Source: Octopus sinensis
Taxonomy: Eukaryota
Reading direction: 5' to 3'
Assembly: GCF_006345805.1 (NCBI RefSeq)
Contig: NC_042998.1
Coordinates: forward strand, 1,364,001-1,428,000
DNA: 64,000 nt
Shown: piece after piece, positions 36,895 through 50,459 of the stretch
Numbering within the stretch: the first letter of the stretch is position 1
Layout: every line of letters begins with the position of its first letter
Notes under the pieces: generated by a model
What the model was told of the DNA's origin: nothing
The model's input: the letters and a program-made list of their open reading frames with translations, nothing else
Databases searched by the model: none
Made by a program: the position numbers and the translations under genes

Positions 36895-37735
36895 GTCTTT
36901 GTGTATGGCAGACGAACAGGTACAATAAACACTACAAATGTACAGAAATTAGACTCCATCAAATGGCAGGGGTAAAAAACTAGAAGCGGTTGATAGCTTC
37001 CGTTACCTAGGTGACCAAGTCAGTAGTGGAGGTGGATGCTCCCAGAACGTAGCTGCTAGAATAAGAATAGGCTGGGCCAAGTTCAGAGAGCTTCTACCTC
37101 TGTTGGTAACAAAGGACCTCTTCCCACAGAACAACCGAGCCCCACGGCAGTGAAACGTGGACTGAAATCGCAGAGGACATGCGAAGGCTTGAAAGAAATG
37201 AAGCCAGTATATTTCGCTGAATGTACAACGTTAGTGTGTATGTGCAACAGAGTGTAAATGTCTTGAGAGAAAAACTGGACATAAGAGGCATCAGATGTGG
37301 TGTGCAAGAGAGATGAATGTGCTGGTATGGTCATGTGATGTGTATTGACGAGGACAGCTGTGTAAAGAAGTGCTGATCTCTAACTATGAAAGGAACCCGT
37401 GGAAGAGGTAGACCCAGTAAGACATGGAACGAACGTGGTGAAGCACGATCTTCGAATGTTGGGCCTTGCGGAGGTAATTACAGGTGACCGAGACCTTTGG
37501 CGATATGCTGTGCTTGAGAAGACTCGTCACGCCAAGTGAAATTGTATTCGTGGCTGTTGCCAGTGTCACATAACTAGCACCTGTGCAATGGCACCCGTGA
37601 AATCGTAATTCTGGCCGTTGCCGGTAGCGTGATCTTCGAAAGTCGGGCCTCGTAGAGGCGATGACAAGTGACGGAGACGTTTCGTGATTTGCTGTGGAAT
37701 TAAGAAGATTCGTCGAAGCCAAATGTAATCGTAGT
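36895..37735 (+). pseudogene. RTE-clade LINE 3' fragment with duplicated 3' tip
   Basis: KLEAVDSFRYLGDQVSSGGGCSQNVAARIRIGWAKFRELLPLL..WYGHVM..RGRGRP.KTW..VVKHDLRMLGL; tail repeated at ~37625-37735. Confidence 0.8.
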
Positions 37736-37744
37736 CTTAGATGT

Positions 37745-37975
37745 TGCCAGTGTCATGTAAAAAGCACGCGTGGAATCATAGACGTGACTATTGCGGGTAT
37801 CAGGTAAATGGCAGCGGTGCCGGTGACGCGTATAAAGCACCCATTACATACTCGGAGTGGTTGGCATTAGAAAGGGCATCCAGCCGTAGAAACCATGCCA
37901 AATCAGGCTGGAACCAGATTCAGCCTTCCGGTTTACCGCCTGACCCATACCAGCAGAGAAAACAGACGTTAAATG

Positions 37976-37978
<3 letters not shown>
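37745..37978 (+). mobile_element. RTE-associated SINE-like fragment ending in (TTA)n
   Basis: ggttggcattagaaagggcatccagccgtagaaacc and tail acccataccagcagagaaaacagacgttaaatg; same tail type as 2966-3031. Confidence 0.5.
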
Positions 37979-38012
<34 letters not shown>

Positions 38013-38015
<3 letters not shown>

Positions 38016-38466
38016 TAGTTGTGCTGTGATTTGTTGTGATGCTCTGATGGTTATTGTATGGAAAGTGTTCTGCGTAGGATGTGTGCAGTGCCTAGTAGTG
38101 CAATTTTCTGTATGTTATATGTGTTTGTAAGTCCTGGTGTTTTTGTTATGTATTTGTCTGAATATTTTTTTATCATGCCTAATGCACCTACTATGATAGG
38201 AATTGTTTCTGTTTTCAGATTCCACATTCTAGTTAGCTCTATTTCCAGGTCTTTGTATTTTGAGAGTTTCTCCATTTCTTTTAGAGGCACGTTGTCATCT
38301 GCCGGTATTGATACATCAATTAGAAAGCATTTTTTTTCTTCATGATCTCTGACAACTATATCTGGTCTGTTGGCCTTAATTTCTCTATCTGTGTGTATCG
38401 GCATATCCCAGAGTATGGTTGCTTTCTCGTTTTCTGTGACCTTTTCTGGTGTGTGCCTATACCATC

Positions 38467-38469
<3 letters not shown>
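38013..38469 (-). mobile_element. R4/Dong-clade 3' fragment (restriction-like endonuclease domain) in (TAA)n
   Basis: TDREIKANRPDIVVRDHEEKKCFLIDVSIPADDN..EKLSKYKDL..IVGALG; TAA repeats both sides. Confidence 0.9.
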
Positions 38470-38510
<41 letters not shown>

Positions 38511-38512
<2 letters not shown>

Positions 38513-41310
38513 TTTGCACAGCTTCTAACGCTGGAGTTGTACTACGATATCAGCTGTTCTCTACCAGTGAACTATGGTAACACCTCTTATTTTTCGAGCA
38601 CATTCCGGAGTATTCCAGTGGTTTCAAGCAGTGCTGTTTTCTGCAAGTGATCCACCCTTTATTGCAGCCCCTATTTGTTCAGTGTAATTCTAGAGATTTT
38701 TACTCACTGTTCCCACAATTATTGGTACTACTACCACCTTTTTCATCGACCAAAACTGCTTTACCTCCCAAGCTAACCTGTCATATCTATCGACTTTACT
38801 TTCTTCCTTATCTCATACCTTGTTGTCAGCTGGGCATGTTGTATCTATGATCTAACATAGTTTGTTTTCTTTCTCAATTAAGACTATGTCTGGCTTCCTA
38901 TTCTCTATTTCATGGTCGCACTGAATCATAAATCCTACAGGATCTTTTCATTATCATTTTCGATTATACCTTCGGGTATATAGTCGTACCAATGTTTTGC
39001 TCTGTCAAGTCCATACTTGCTGCAAAGTGTGCAATGGACAAGCCGTACTATATTGACGTGGCGTCTCTTATATTCCTTATGGGTTAATGGCGTACATTGG
39101 CTGATAATATGCAATACGGTTTCACCACTTTGTCCACAGATTCTGTACTTCTCACTTTCTGATGTGTTGTCTATTCTGTATTTTATGTAGTTTGTTCTTA
39201 GTGCTTGCTCTTGGGCAGCACATATTAGAGCCTCTGTTTCCGGTTTTAAATCACTTTTAATCATCCACAGCCTTCTTTTTTCTGTCTTATCTTCAACATC
39301 CCTTTGAAATTGTCCTTGCATTCTTTTCTTTACCCACCTATTTTCAGTTTCATTCGTTTTCAATTGCTGGTACAGTGTTTTATCTTTCATCCTACACAAG
39401 CCTGACCTACTTAGTTCTAATAATAGCGGATCTGTAGCATTTTTTACATACCATGCTATGTTGTTTTCTTCTGTTCTAATGCTGTGTTCGCATCTAATAA
39501 GTACATACAGTCTGTCTGTGTCACTTTTTGGGTGGACTGTCCCATATCTAGTTAGCAACTTCCTTGTCTTCTTGTCTAAGCTGTTTAGTTCGTCTACTGT
39601 CCATGCGATTACTCCTACTCCATATCTAAGGAGTGAAACCGCCCAGGTGTTGATAGCTTCAATCTTATTCCGTCCGCTTAATTTCGACTTAAGGTTCAGT
39701 CTCAGTCTGCATAAGTACTGCACCTTAAATTTTTCTGTCATTTCTTTCTCCATCAATTTATCCATTTCCAAAATCCCCAAGTACTTATAGCCTGTCTCTT
39801 CTATCTGCTTCATAACCTCCCCCAACGGTATCGTTAGTCCATCCATACATTTGATTTTGCCTCTCTTCAACACTAACATACCACACTTTCTCAGTCCGAA
39901 CTCCATTCTGATATCAGCACTGAAGGTATACACCGTATCAACGAGCGAACTGAGTTGGGATTCATCTTTACATAAACTTTGATGTCATTCATGAATAACA
40001 AATGGTTGACTTTTTATTGGCGGCTTTTGAATAAATACCCAACTTTTGCTTTCCTCAGAATCAGTGTTAGTGGTATCAAGCACAGTACAAAGATCAGTGG
40101 GGACAGACAGTCCCCTTGGAAAATGCCCCTCCTAATTTCTACTGTCCCTAAACTTCTTCCGTATGGTGTGAGGTCCGTCCTCCAATTCGCCATACTTTTT
40201 CCAAGCAATCGCTCGACATTCGATGCAATACCAAATAGGTTCATACATTCCATAATCCAAGAGTGTGGGAGCATATCATACGCCTTACAATAGTCGATCC
40301 ACGACATGGCTAAGTTACTTTTCCTCCTCTTGTAGTCTCTAAGTACAGTTTTGTCAATCAAGAGTAGATCCTTGGTACCTCTGCACTTACGCTTGGAACC
40401 CTTCTGCTCATGTGGTAGGACTCCATTTTTTCCAGATGTTCGTACACTGACTCCGCGAGTATTCCAGTCAATAATTCCCACATGAGTGGCAAACAGGATA
40501 TCGGCCTGTAATTGTCTACCATATGACCTTTTTCGATGTTTTTCAAGCGCAGCACTGTCCTACCCAATGTCAACCACTCCGGTGTTACTTGGTCGGCATT
40601 TAACAAGATGTTGAGTTGCGCAGCTATTAGTGCATGACATTCACCAAATCTTTTGATCCAGTACCCTTGAACTCCATCTGGTCCTGGGCCCTTCCAGTTG
40701 CTAAATGTTTTGCTGATTTCCTTCACTTCTCTAACTGAAATGACTAGTTCTGCCTGTTTTGGACAGACCACTGTTTGTTTCAGTTCTTGCAACCATTCAG
40801 CATCCTTCTTGTGCTCCTTGTCTTTGCTCCAGATGTCACTTCAAAACCTTTGACTTTCATTGTTATCTGGTATCAACTTTTCATCTGTACACTCTCCACT
40901 TATTTCTTTATAAAATCTCTTCTGATCTACTCTGAATAACCTATTCTGGTGGTAACCCTTCATTCTTTGGTCGTATTTCACCATCTTTGCTTTCCTTGCA
41001 ACGAGGCGCTGTTTCATTTCCTCCATCACCACTTTCAGGCCCTTTCTTTCAATATTATACTTCTTTTTCAATGCCCTGTATTTTTGTTTGCTTTTAAGCT
41101 CCACTTTGTCTTTTCGGTCAAACATATAAATTTCATTCGAGAGCATATCTAACCCGGCCTGTATTCTTCTTTTCCACCACGGGTCTTTTTTCTTGTCACT
41201 CCCATTATATTTCTCTTTCTTGACATCAACACCCACGTTGATGAAATTATTTGTTTCTGTGATGTTTGTTCTGATGTATTTCAGAATTTCATTGATATTT
41301 TTCGTTTCTT
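38511..41310 (-). mobile_element. R4/Dong-clade element, RT plus CCHC plus RLE, frameshifted (subfamily 2)
   Basis: DPWWKRRI..HQNRLFRVDQKRFY; GPDGVQGYW; YRPISCLP; [15 protein letters not shown]; HLLFMNDIK; YKYLG; RICGQSGETVLHIISQC; RPDIVL; KTALLETTGILRNVL. Confidence 0.9.
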
Positions 41311-42189
41311 GGTTCAATTTCTGCTGTTGGTGCTGCATTGATGTCTATTTTATTTTTGCCAAGTTCTTGGCAGAATTTTTGGGGGATGGAGTTGAACTGT
41401 TTGTTTTGTTCAAAGAAACGTTGGCGTTTCTCATACCGGCGGATCCTTTGTGCTTTGGCAAGGATATCTTACTTTAGCTTTTCTTTTACCTCAGGTAAAT
41501 CTTTTTCTGTAATGTTGTATTTGCACAGTATTTTTGTTGCCTTCTTATTGCTTAGTAGTGTTGATTGTCTACTAATTTCGTTAAAAATTGACAGATCTTT
41601 TCTCTTTTTTTCTATTTTTTTCTATTATTTATCCACGGGGTTTTGTTTGGGTGGTGGTACTCCTCTTTGGATGGGTTTGAAGGAGTATCCATCTTCTTTT
41701 GTGACTGCAGTGGTTGCTGCCTATATTATGTCATTTAGCTCGGTGATATTGACATTTGTTTCTCTGGCTCAATGACGGCCAGGTTCATGCTATTTATTAT
41801 TGATGTCGTTTTATTGTCTGTTTTGATTTTTGGGAGGTAAAATCGGCGGTCCATTCTGAGATCTGTGGTTTTCAGTTCTTTGATTATGCTCATTTTTATA
41901 GTATCATAACCAATAGGTTCCCCTTTACTCTTTCCAGGTTTTAGATTTGTTTCGCCTTCCTTCTCATTCATGTTTGTCTGTGGTGCTCTGGATTGGTGCT
42001 TTTTGCACATTATTATACATTCCTACGGTTTGGATTTGTTGTCTTTTGTTGTTTACTTCGCTTTTGTTGGAAATGTTACGTCTGTCTTCGTGTTTTGCTA
42101 TCTCAGTGTTTATATCATTTGTCATTGCTGTGTGGCTGCTATCTACATTTTCCTGGTGTATTTTTCCTTTTAAATATTCTTTTTCTATT

Positions 42190-42267
<78 letters not shown>

Positions 42268-42946
42268 TGAGAATATATCTTCGTATGTTAGCTAGTTTAT
42301 TAGGGTTCATTGCTGTATCCAAGTTGTTATTTAGGTTATTTTTCTTCCAGATATTTTATGTATATGTTGTTGTGTTTTCGTTCTTTGGATAGAGCACTGT
42401 TGTAAAATAAACGTATAGGATTGAAATATATTCCTCACGTGTCCATTTATGCCTTTTTGGTTTTATTTGCGGGACATGAGGAACAACGTCCAGCCCTCGG
42501 TCATCATTCTCGTAGGGTACCGGTCTGTTCATTTCTCTTGATAAACTGTGTTGCACGTGTAGTTTTTCGTACCTTTTGTGTAACAAGTTTAAAGAACGCA
42601 CTTCCCGATTGCTATTCTTGGGTTGAATAATACCGGTATTATTTAATTTATTTGTAATTTTTTTGTACATGGTGTTTGGGGCCGGAGATGATCTGGTGTT
42701 GATGGATCGTAATGTGTCAAGCATGTTTACATGTGCTGTGCGAGCAATGGAGATGATATCCAGTTAAAATATATTCATTTTATTTGGAAAATAGAAATAA
42801 GTTTGAATGAATATTACTTACTCTGATATAGTCCAACACTTTGTCGGCTCTTTTTGGCTCCATGCGATGTCTTTATTTCCGATGTTTTTGGATAAATTTC
42901 GGAGCAGTGTTTTATCGCTCTCACATGTTAAACATTCCCGGTATTC

Positions 42947-42947
<1 letters not shown>
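41311..42947 (-). mobile_element. 5' portion of a different R4/Dong subfamily (Myb-like N-terminus), interrupted by (TA)n
   Basis: KRHKWTREEYISILYVYF..NPNKLANIRRYILNI-(TA)n-SEIEKE; ..AKAQRIRRYEKRQRFFEQNKQF; (TAA)n at 5' end. Confidence 0.75.
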
Positions 42948-43004
<57 letters not shown>

Positions 43005-43013
43005 TATTATTAT

Positions 43014-45890
43014 ATGTTTGACTTTTGCTTTATGTTTGTACAGGTTGGCTCCAAGTCTCACCCAGAGACCTCAAGAGACAACAGGTTGGAAGTTCATGTT
43101 GTTGTTATGCCTAGGGTGCCATATATTTGGTTTTGTACTTCGTGTTGTACTAGTGAATGCCTAAAAAACCATACGAAAATTATGTTTGTTTTAAAACTTG
43201 AGATTACATAGAAAGTATTTTGCGTAGGATATGAGCAGTTCCCATGAGCACTATCTTTTGAATTTCTGCCATTTTGGGGTTTCCTGGTATCTGAGATATA
43301 GGCAATCAGCCCCTTTTACTATCATTCCCAGGGCACCTTTGACAACAGGTATTGTTTTAGTCTTCAGGTTCCACATTTTGCTGATTTCTATTTCAACATC
43401 TTTATATTTGCTCAGTTTTTGGTAGGTCTTGACAGATACGTTTATATCGATTGAACAGTCATATCAATGAGGAGGCATGTTCTTTGTCTGAAGTCTTTCA
43501 ATATGATGTCTGGCCCATTTGCATCTATCCTTCTGTCAGTTTGAATGGTGAAGTTCCAGAGGAGAGAGATGTGGTCATTTCCAAGCACTGGGGGTGGTTT
43601 GTGTTCTCACCAGTTTTTTTTCATGGGGCAAATCCAGGTTTTTGCAGATTACCCAGTGAATATATTGTGCAGCTCTATCATGCCTGTTGAGATACTCTGT
43701 AGGCACTAGAAGACTACACTTGGAGACAACATGATCAATGGTTTCATTTTGTTGTTGACATACACAACAAGTTGGGCAACTGCCGTTCTTTAATATGTTG
43801 GCCTGGTAGTTTCTTGTTGGTAGGCATTGATCTTGAGCTGCTATGATAAGCCCCTCTGTTTCAGATTTTAAGCTAGAGGCCATTAGCCATTGATGGGTCA
43901 GAGCTTTGTCAATATCTGCATTATTCGCTCTCTTTGGGTATTTGCCATAGAGAGGTTTTTCTTGCCATTTATTATTCAGAATATCTAAGGCCGCAGTTTT
44001 GGCACGGGTTTTCATACGCTTAGCTTTTTCTGTGCTTGTTTCTTGTATGACTATCTCTAATTCTGAAATTTGTTGTATTCAGAATTCACTTAGATATTCC
44101 TTTGCCTGTTTTGTTACTGAGTATGATACTTTCTTGTTTTCATGTTTTGAGACAAGTTTTAACATCCAGTCCTCAGAGTTTTTTAGGTAGGTGTCTAGGC
44201 CAATTGTAGCAATCTTCATTGTTATTGCCAGTTGTAAAAGTCCACGGCCTCCCTCTTTTCTTGGCAGATAAAGTCGTTCTGTATCTGCCTTAGGGTGGTG
44301 CATTCTATACATTGTCAACAGTTTTCGTATTTTTCTGTCAAGATTACAAATTTCAGTAATTGACCAGTTAACGATATTGAGACTGTAAGTCACGACTGGT
44401 ATGGCTAAAGCATTGATCGCATCGATCCTATTTCTCGCATTCAGCTCTGTCTTGAGTATTGCTCTTGCTTTGCGATAACATTCTCTCCTGGTCCTTTCCT
44501 TCATCACTGAATGCCTTATTCCGTCCCCTTCAATTACCCCTAGGTACTTGTAGCTCTCCGCTGGGTCTAATTCTTTTATGACATTCTACTGGTCAAGGTT
44601 AACGTTAGATGTTTCTATCATTTTTCCTTTGATAAAAGTAGCTTTTGCACATTTATCGAGGCCAAATTGCATTCTGATGTCATCACTGAATTGTTTAACA
44701 ATCGCTAGTAAGCCCTTGAGTTGTTGGTCATTTTTTGCAAAGAGCTTTAAATCATCCAAGTAAATGAGATGATTTATATTTTTATCAAACATTTTATATC
44801 CGTACTGCGCGTCATTGAGCAATTTTGAGAGAGGTATTAAGGCTAAACAAAAGAGTGATAGAGAGTCACCCTGGAAAATACCACATGAAATTTTTACATC
44901 ACCAGCATTTATAGATTCATTGTCACTGTTCAAAGTTAGTGTGGTTCTCCATGATCTCATACTTACAGACAAAAAGTTTCGCAGAGTAGGTGCTATTTTA
45001 TACATTTCCAGGTATTTCTTAATCCAGCTATGTGGTAGGCTATCAAAAGCCATTTTATAGTCTATCCAGGCTATTGATAAGTTTTTGTGTCGTTTGTGAC
45101 AATCTTCTAAAATCATCTTATTGATGTGTAGTTGATCTTTACAACCATAGCATCCACGTTTACATCCTTTCTGTTCATTAGGGAATATGCTGCTCTCTGT
45201 TAAAAAACTATAGGTATAATCCGTCAGGACAGATGTTAGCGTTTTATACATAGTTGTTAAGCAGGTTATGGGTCTATAGTTTTTTGGTTCATTTTTTCTT
45301 CACTTTTTGGAAGCAGGAATGTTAACCCATTAACTAGCCAAGGAGGCATCCTACTAGGGTGTTGCAAAACATCATTGTAAAGTTCTGTTAGCAGTTAATG
45401 GCTCTCAGGGAAGGCATTCAACCAGAAGTTAGGAATTTTATCCTTTCCTGGAGACTTCCATTTGCTTGACCTCCTGAGAGCAGATCTTCTACCTTGACAC
45501 CCTCCCACTTTTGCTCTTCTAAGGAGTCCAGTTCTGTAGATATTCTATCAATCCAGGGGGCCTTTTCTTTGTGTGTTTTTTCTTCTGTCCAAATTTTATT
45601 CCAAAATCCCTGCACTTCTTCTTTTGATGGTACAGTCTTTACAGTAACTGGTGTTTTTCCTATCTTCCTGTAAAAATTTTTTGGGTTATTTTTGAACATG
45701 TTGTTGTCCTTGAAGAATCTAACACGCTTTTCATACCTCGCTATGCGGGCAGCTTAAGCAGATACCTTTTGCTTGATGGTTTCTATGGTAGCATCAATAT
45801 CAAGTATAGTTTTCATATATTTTTTCATTAATTTTTGGGTTTTTGTAGGTTTGGTAGTCTTGTCAACCTTAAGGTTTTTCAAATATTCAA
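43014..45890 (-). mobile_element. 5'-truncated R4/Dong-clade element (subfamily 3) in (TAA)n
   Basis: FKNNPKNFYRKIG; GIFQGDSLS; HLIYLDDLKLF; YKYLG; CCVCQQQNETIDHVVSKC; KIVLMGTAHILRKILSM; TAA repeats both sides. Confidence 0.9.
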
Positions 45891-45907
45891 TATTATTATT
45901 ATTATTA

Positions 45908-45944
<37 letters not shown>

Positions 45945-46977
45945 TGCGTCATTTAATTATTCATCGTTTCAATTTTCAACTTTGCGTTCAATCCCTCCTA
46001 TTTCGATAAAATAAAATACAGTGAAACGCTTTACCACTTTCTGTTAGAAACCATCTACACACTCATCACCCATCACCCATCATCTATGGTTTGAGAAATA
46101 TTATCTATAATATTACTCTGTAGGATATGACATGTGTTCGAGCGTTACGCTTTCAATAAATTTATATCTGAAGCATAACCGAAACCTTTACCATATCGAA
46201 ACAATGACGTAACGAGTTATGTATCAAGATTACGTCACAAAATTAAAAGAACTTTTATAAAACATCGAATGATCTTTTGAGGGTATTATTGTTGGTTTTC
46301 AATACAAAGGCCTTGTATTGTTCGCTTCTCAAATTTTGGCGGGAAATTGTTGTGTGTGTGTGTGTGTATCTGACTAAGTTTATTTTAAGTTTTATTTGCT
46401 TTATCGTGGCTGTGAAATGACTAACAGCTGTTTCCATTTTTTTTCTAAATTTTGTTTTGAATTTAAAAGATGGAAGATAAGGCATTGATATGGGTAGAAA
46501 AATAGTAAGAAGAACCCTAGAGGCTCGAACCACAGCATGACAACGCCATCGATCACCACCACCACCACCACCACCACCACCACCACTACCACTACTACTA
46601 CTACTATATCCGTTGCCACACTCAGTCCGATCATCAGCAACACCAACGTTGATGCTGTCATCAACAACCATGGCACTGGTTTCCCACACTCGCCGCAAAC
46701 ACGTGTCCAGTACAACATGGCAAGAGAACTGCTACACCAACCGTTAACTACAACAAATTTCAGTATCAGCAGCAACAACTTAAACACAAGCAATTGAGTC
46801 GCAGCGGCAACCTTACCAACACAGCTGGAGACAATGGAAGCAATACGTCACAAATGACCGTACCTCTTTGCTCGAGGAATTTGTCGAAGAGGCGGTAAAG
46901 AGAACAGTGACATACTTCTACTTCTCTCTGAGCAACGAAAGAGGGACCTTTATTACCTGTTTCTTTACTACCCACAA

Positions 46978-47189
46978 GAAGCTAAACACAGAGAGGACAA
47001 ACAAGGACAGACAAAGGGATTAAGTCGATTACATCGACTCCAGTGCGTAACTGGTACTTAATTTATCGGCCCCGAAAGGATGAAAGGCAAACTCGACCTC
47101 GGCGGAATTCGAACACAGAACGTAATGGCAGATGAAATACGGCTACGCATTTCGCCCGGCGTGCTAACCACTCTGCCAGCTCGCCGCCT
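46978..47189 (-). mobile_element. Full-length SINE family B
   Basis: Reverse strand aggcggcgagctggcagag..gtgttcgaattcc..tttgtctgtccttgtttgtcctctct. Confidence 0.85.
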
Positions 47190-47850
47190 GTATTACCTTC
47201 GAAAGGAAGCTTTTGTTAAGCCATTTCCAAAGAATGGTAAAATGCCTGCTACGCTGGATGAAGGAATTATTCTAGGAACCACAACCCTTATTATAAAAGT
47301 GGCAGAGAAAGCTAAGAGACAATAAGCGTCTGTTGGTTGCACACCAACTTATTTCTTAGTAACCCCAGTATATGGAGAAACAAAAGGTGAGCGTGGCGAT
47401 CAGTGATGTGGGCAAAAGCAACGACTCATATCTGATCATGATATTCGGGAAACATTTTATGGAAGTCGTGAAAGCATAAGCGACCTGCAGAACATTTTTG
47501 GGGTGTTGAATGTAACTTCAATATCTAGGGAAACCCAGATGCATATTTCAAAGAAGGTTTTGTGTTTAAGTTGGTCAAGTTGGTGATGGAAAGCAAAATG
47601 TCCAAGAGCGATATAAGTAGTAGAATTTGTTTACAGTAAATTTAGCTTTTATAATCGATTTGTATATTCGTAGGAAGCTATCTAATCAGTATTCTGTGAA
47701 CTCTCCAAGTTACTCCGCTTTAGGCACATGCTCATGAAGCATAAGAGGATTTTCTCTCTTCCTCTCTATATATATAAGAGAGAGAGAGAGTGAGAGCGTG
47801 TTTCTGTGTGTGTGTGTGCGTTTGTGTGCGTGTGTTTGTGTGAGTGCTCT

Positions 47851-47887
<37 letters not shown>

Positions 47888-48013
47888 ACGTCACCTGAAG
47901 AGTCGAATATAGCGATAAACTATGAGTAGTAATGAAATGAGTCATCTGCTTCGAACGAATACACTCTATTGAACACTCTTGTCTAATATTTACCTGCAAA
48001 AGTGTCTTTGTAT

Positions 48014-48050
<37 letters not shown>

Positions 48051-48147
48051 GTTAATCCAAACATGAAAACACAAGGAGAATAGACAACAACTCGAGGACG
48101 TTGAACAAGTATAGTGTTATTGGACGCTCAGGAAAGGAAAGAAAGAA

Positions 48148-48191
<44 letters not shown>

Positions 48192-48760
48192 GAACAATAA
48201 AATTAACAATACTAGACAAGAGTATGTGCACAGAGAATGTATTAGTTTGACAATAAGTAAAGGAGAGAGTTTTTGGACGTTTCGAGCATAGTTCTTCGTT
48301 GGGGAGGAGTAAGGGAAAGGTCCAAAGGAAAAGAAATCGCCAACAGCACGTATGTAGTTAGATTGCTGAAGTACATTCATACATACATACATACACGCAT
48401 ACATACACGCATATATGTGTGCATACATACATGCGCATATATGTGTGTGTATACATACATGCGCACATATGTGTGTGTATACATACATGCGCACATATGT
48501 GTGTGTATACATACATGCGCATATATGTGTGTGTATACATACATGCGCACATATGTGTGTGTGCACATATAATAATTACTGGTATCCTTATATACTACTA
48601 TATTTTATATCTTATATGTAAAGCATAATATGTTATATGTATGTATATTATTGTAATTATCAGTTTAGTAAATAAATAAGTTAACATAATATAATGTCTA
48701 AAAGTTGATGAACCACCTATTGATCCCCTCCGTTTTCTTATTGCTATATATAATATATAT

Positions 48761-48850
<90 letters not shown>

Positions 48851-49572
48851 ATATGCATACACACACGCACACGGTCACACAAATGTAGTGATTTTTGTTC
48901 GTACTTTATATACATTTATACAATTGTCAAAATATGTGTAGCATGTACGCATTCGAAATATGTAAATTCTTTTCTTTTATACTAACAAATACACACACAC
49001 ACACACACATAATGTGTTATGTTGTATTATATTATATTATATATTTATTATAGACATTTTAAGCCTAGTTTTCTTTTTCAAATCTGTGATTTACATATTT
49101 ATACATCTAGCCTTGAGTTACTTACGGCTAATCTTTATTTGTTAATTTTATTTTTATATTTATAAACGACTTTTGTATCGCTTTTAACGATGATCCTCCC
49201 CTCCTCGATCTCCCCTGTCTTTATTTAAATATAATTCGTGATCAGCAATGAAGGAATAACTTTCTTCTTAGTGATCTTCGGGAAAATCAGGAGACATTGA
49301 AATGTTTGCAGGCGAAAAATAAAGAAAATAGAATTTTAAAAAGCCACAAGAAAACAAAATATAAAAGCTTGGCAATGGGCAAATGTCATAGAAAATGTCG
49401 GACTTAATGTCATCTGGAATTTTATTGAATTTTTCTATTTAATTCTGCAAACAAAAATAAAATAAAATGCACTAGGAAGGGGAAGGCAATTAAGCTCTTC
49501 TTCAAGAGCTGGATTCAGTAAACAGGCTGTTTTCGATGTGACATACATACTTGAAACACACACACACACACG

Positions 49573-49625
<53 letters not shown>

Positions 49626-50219
49626 TGGCACGAACGCACACAAACACACACAGAGAAAAGCCCAAGCAATATATCCATAAGCATGTAAGAGTCAGTTGTT
49701 CGTTGCTAGGCATATATATACAAATGTAAAAATAATCACCACAATTGCCAGCAGTGAATTATATATATCATTTTAAAATACCTATTAATCATTCCAACAG
49801 AAGGATTAATTCTCACATCTAAAACTTTTCTCATTTACTCACTTCAATGAAGCATACAAGCCTACGCAAACTTCCGTCGCTAGTTGGTTCCAAGATACGC
49901 AACTTAACTCGAAGAAGGACGTAACCCAAAAAATTATTTTAAAGAATTTATTAGCTCATATCTTTTTTAATAGATGGTTTGTACATATTTTTCTTGTACG
50001 TTGTTTGATTTTCCGCTTCAGTATTGTTCTAGGTGGCTTATTATTTAAATTATTAATGTTCAACCATTTAAATTTGTTCGCCGAGAACGACGTAAAGTGG
50101 GTTGAATCAGCTGAAGTTGAGGTTATTTTCTCTATTGATTTCTTTTTAAAAAATCGATTTAAAATCGAAAGAGATGAAACTCGAAACGACTGTTTCGACC
50201 GTATTTCTCGCGCTTACAC

Positions 50220-50459
50220 CAGTGGTTCTTAACCGCGGCTTATATAAGATTTTGTCGCCAAAATTTATGTACAAATAAAGTGGTTATATTTCAACAATAC
50301 ACAAAATATTCTATGATTTTTTTTAATACTATTCCTAATGATATTTAATAATAAAAATATCATATGATTTTTTAGACATCGAATGGCTATGAGTCCATCC
50401 GAGTAAAATAGGAAACAAAAGAGGTTCTAAGGTAAAGAGAAAATGGTTGAGAGCCCCTA
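50220..50459. mobile_element. hAT (Charlie-like) MITE
   Basis: TIRs CAGTGGTTCTTAACC / TAGGGGCTCTCAACC; perfect 8-bp TSD GCTTACAC at 50212-50219 and 50460-50467. Confidence 0.85.

Noticed and set aside
46780-47030. Plus-strand protein-like frame SWRQWKQYVTNDRTSLLEEFVEEAVKR
   Set aside because: No start or clear acceptor, it runs into a SINE tail, and it may just be the antisense of the minus-strand candidate exon.
47885-47925. CTGAAGAGTCG..CGAT hammerhead-like start
   Set aside because: No GAAA and no stem I partner.
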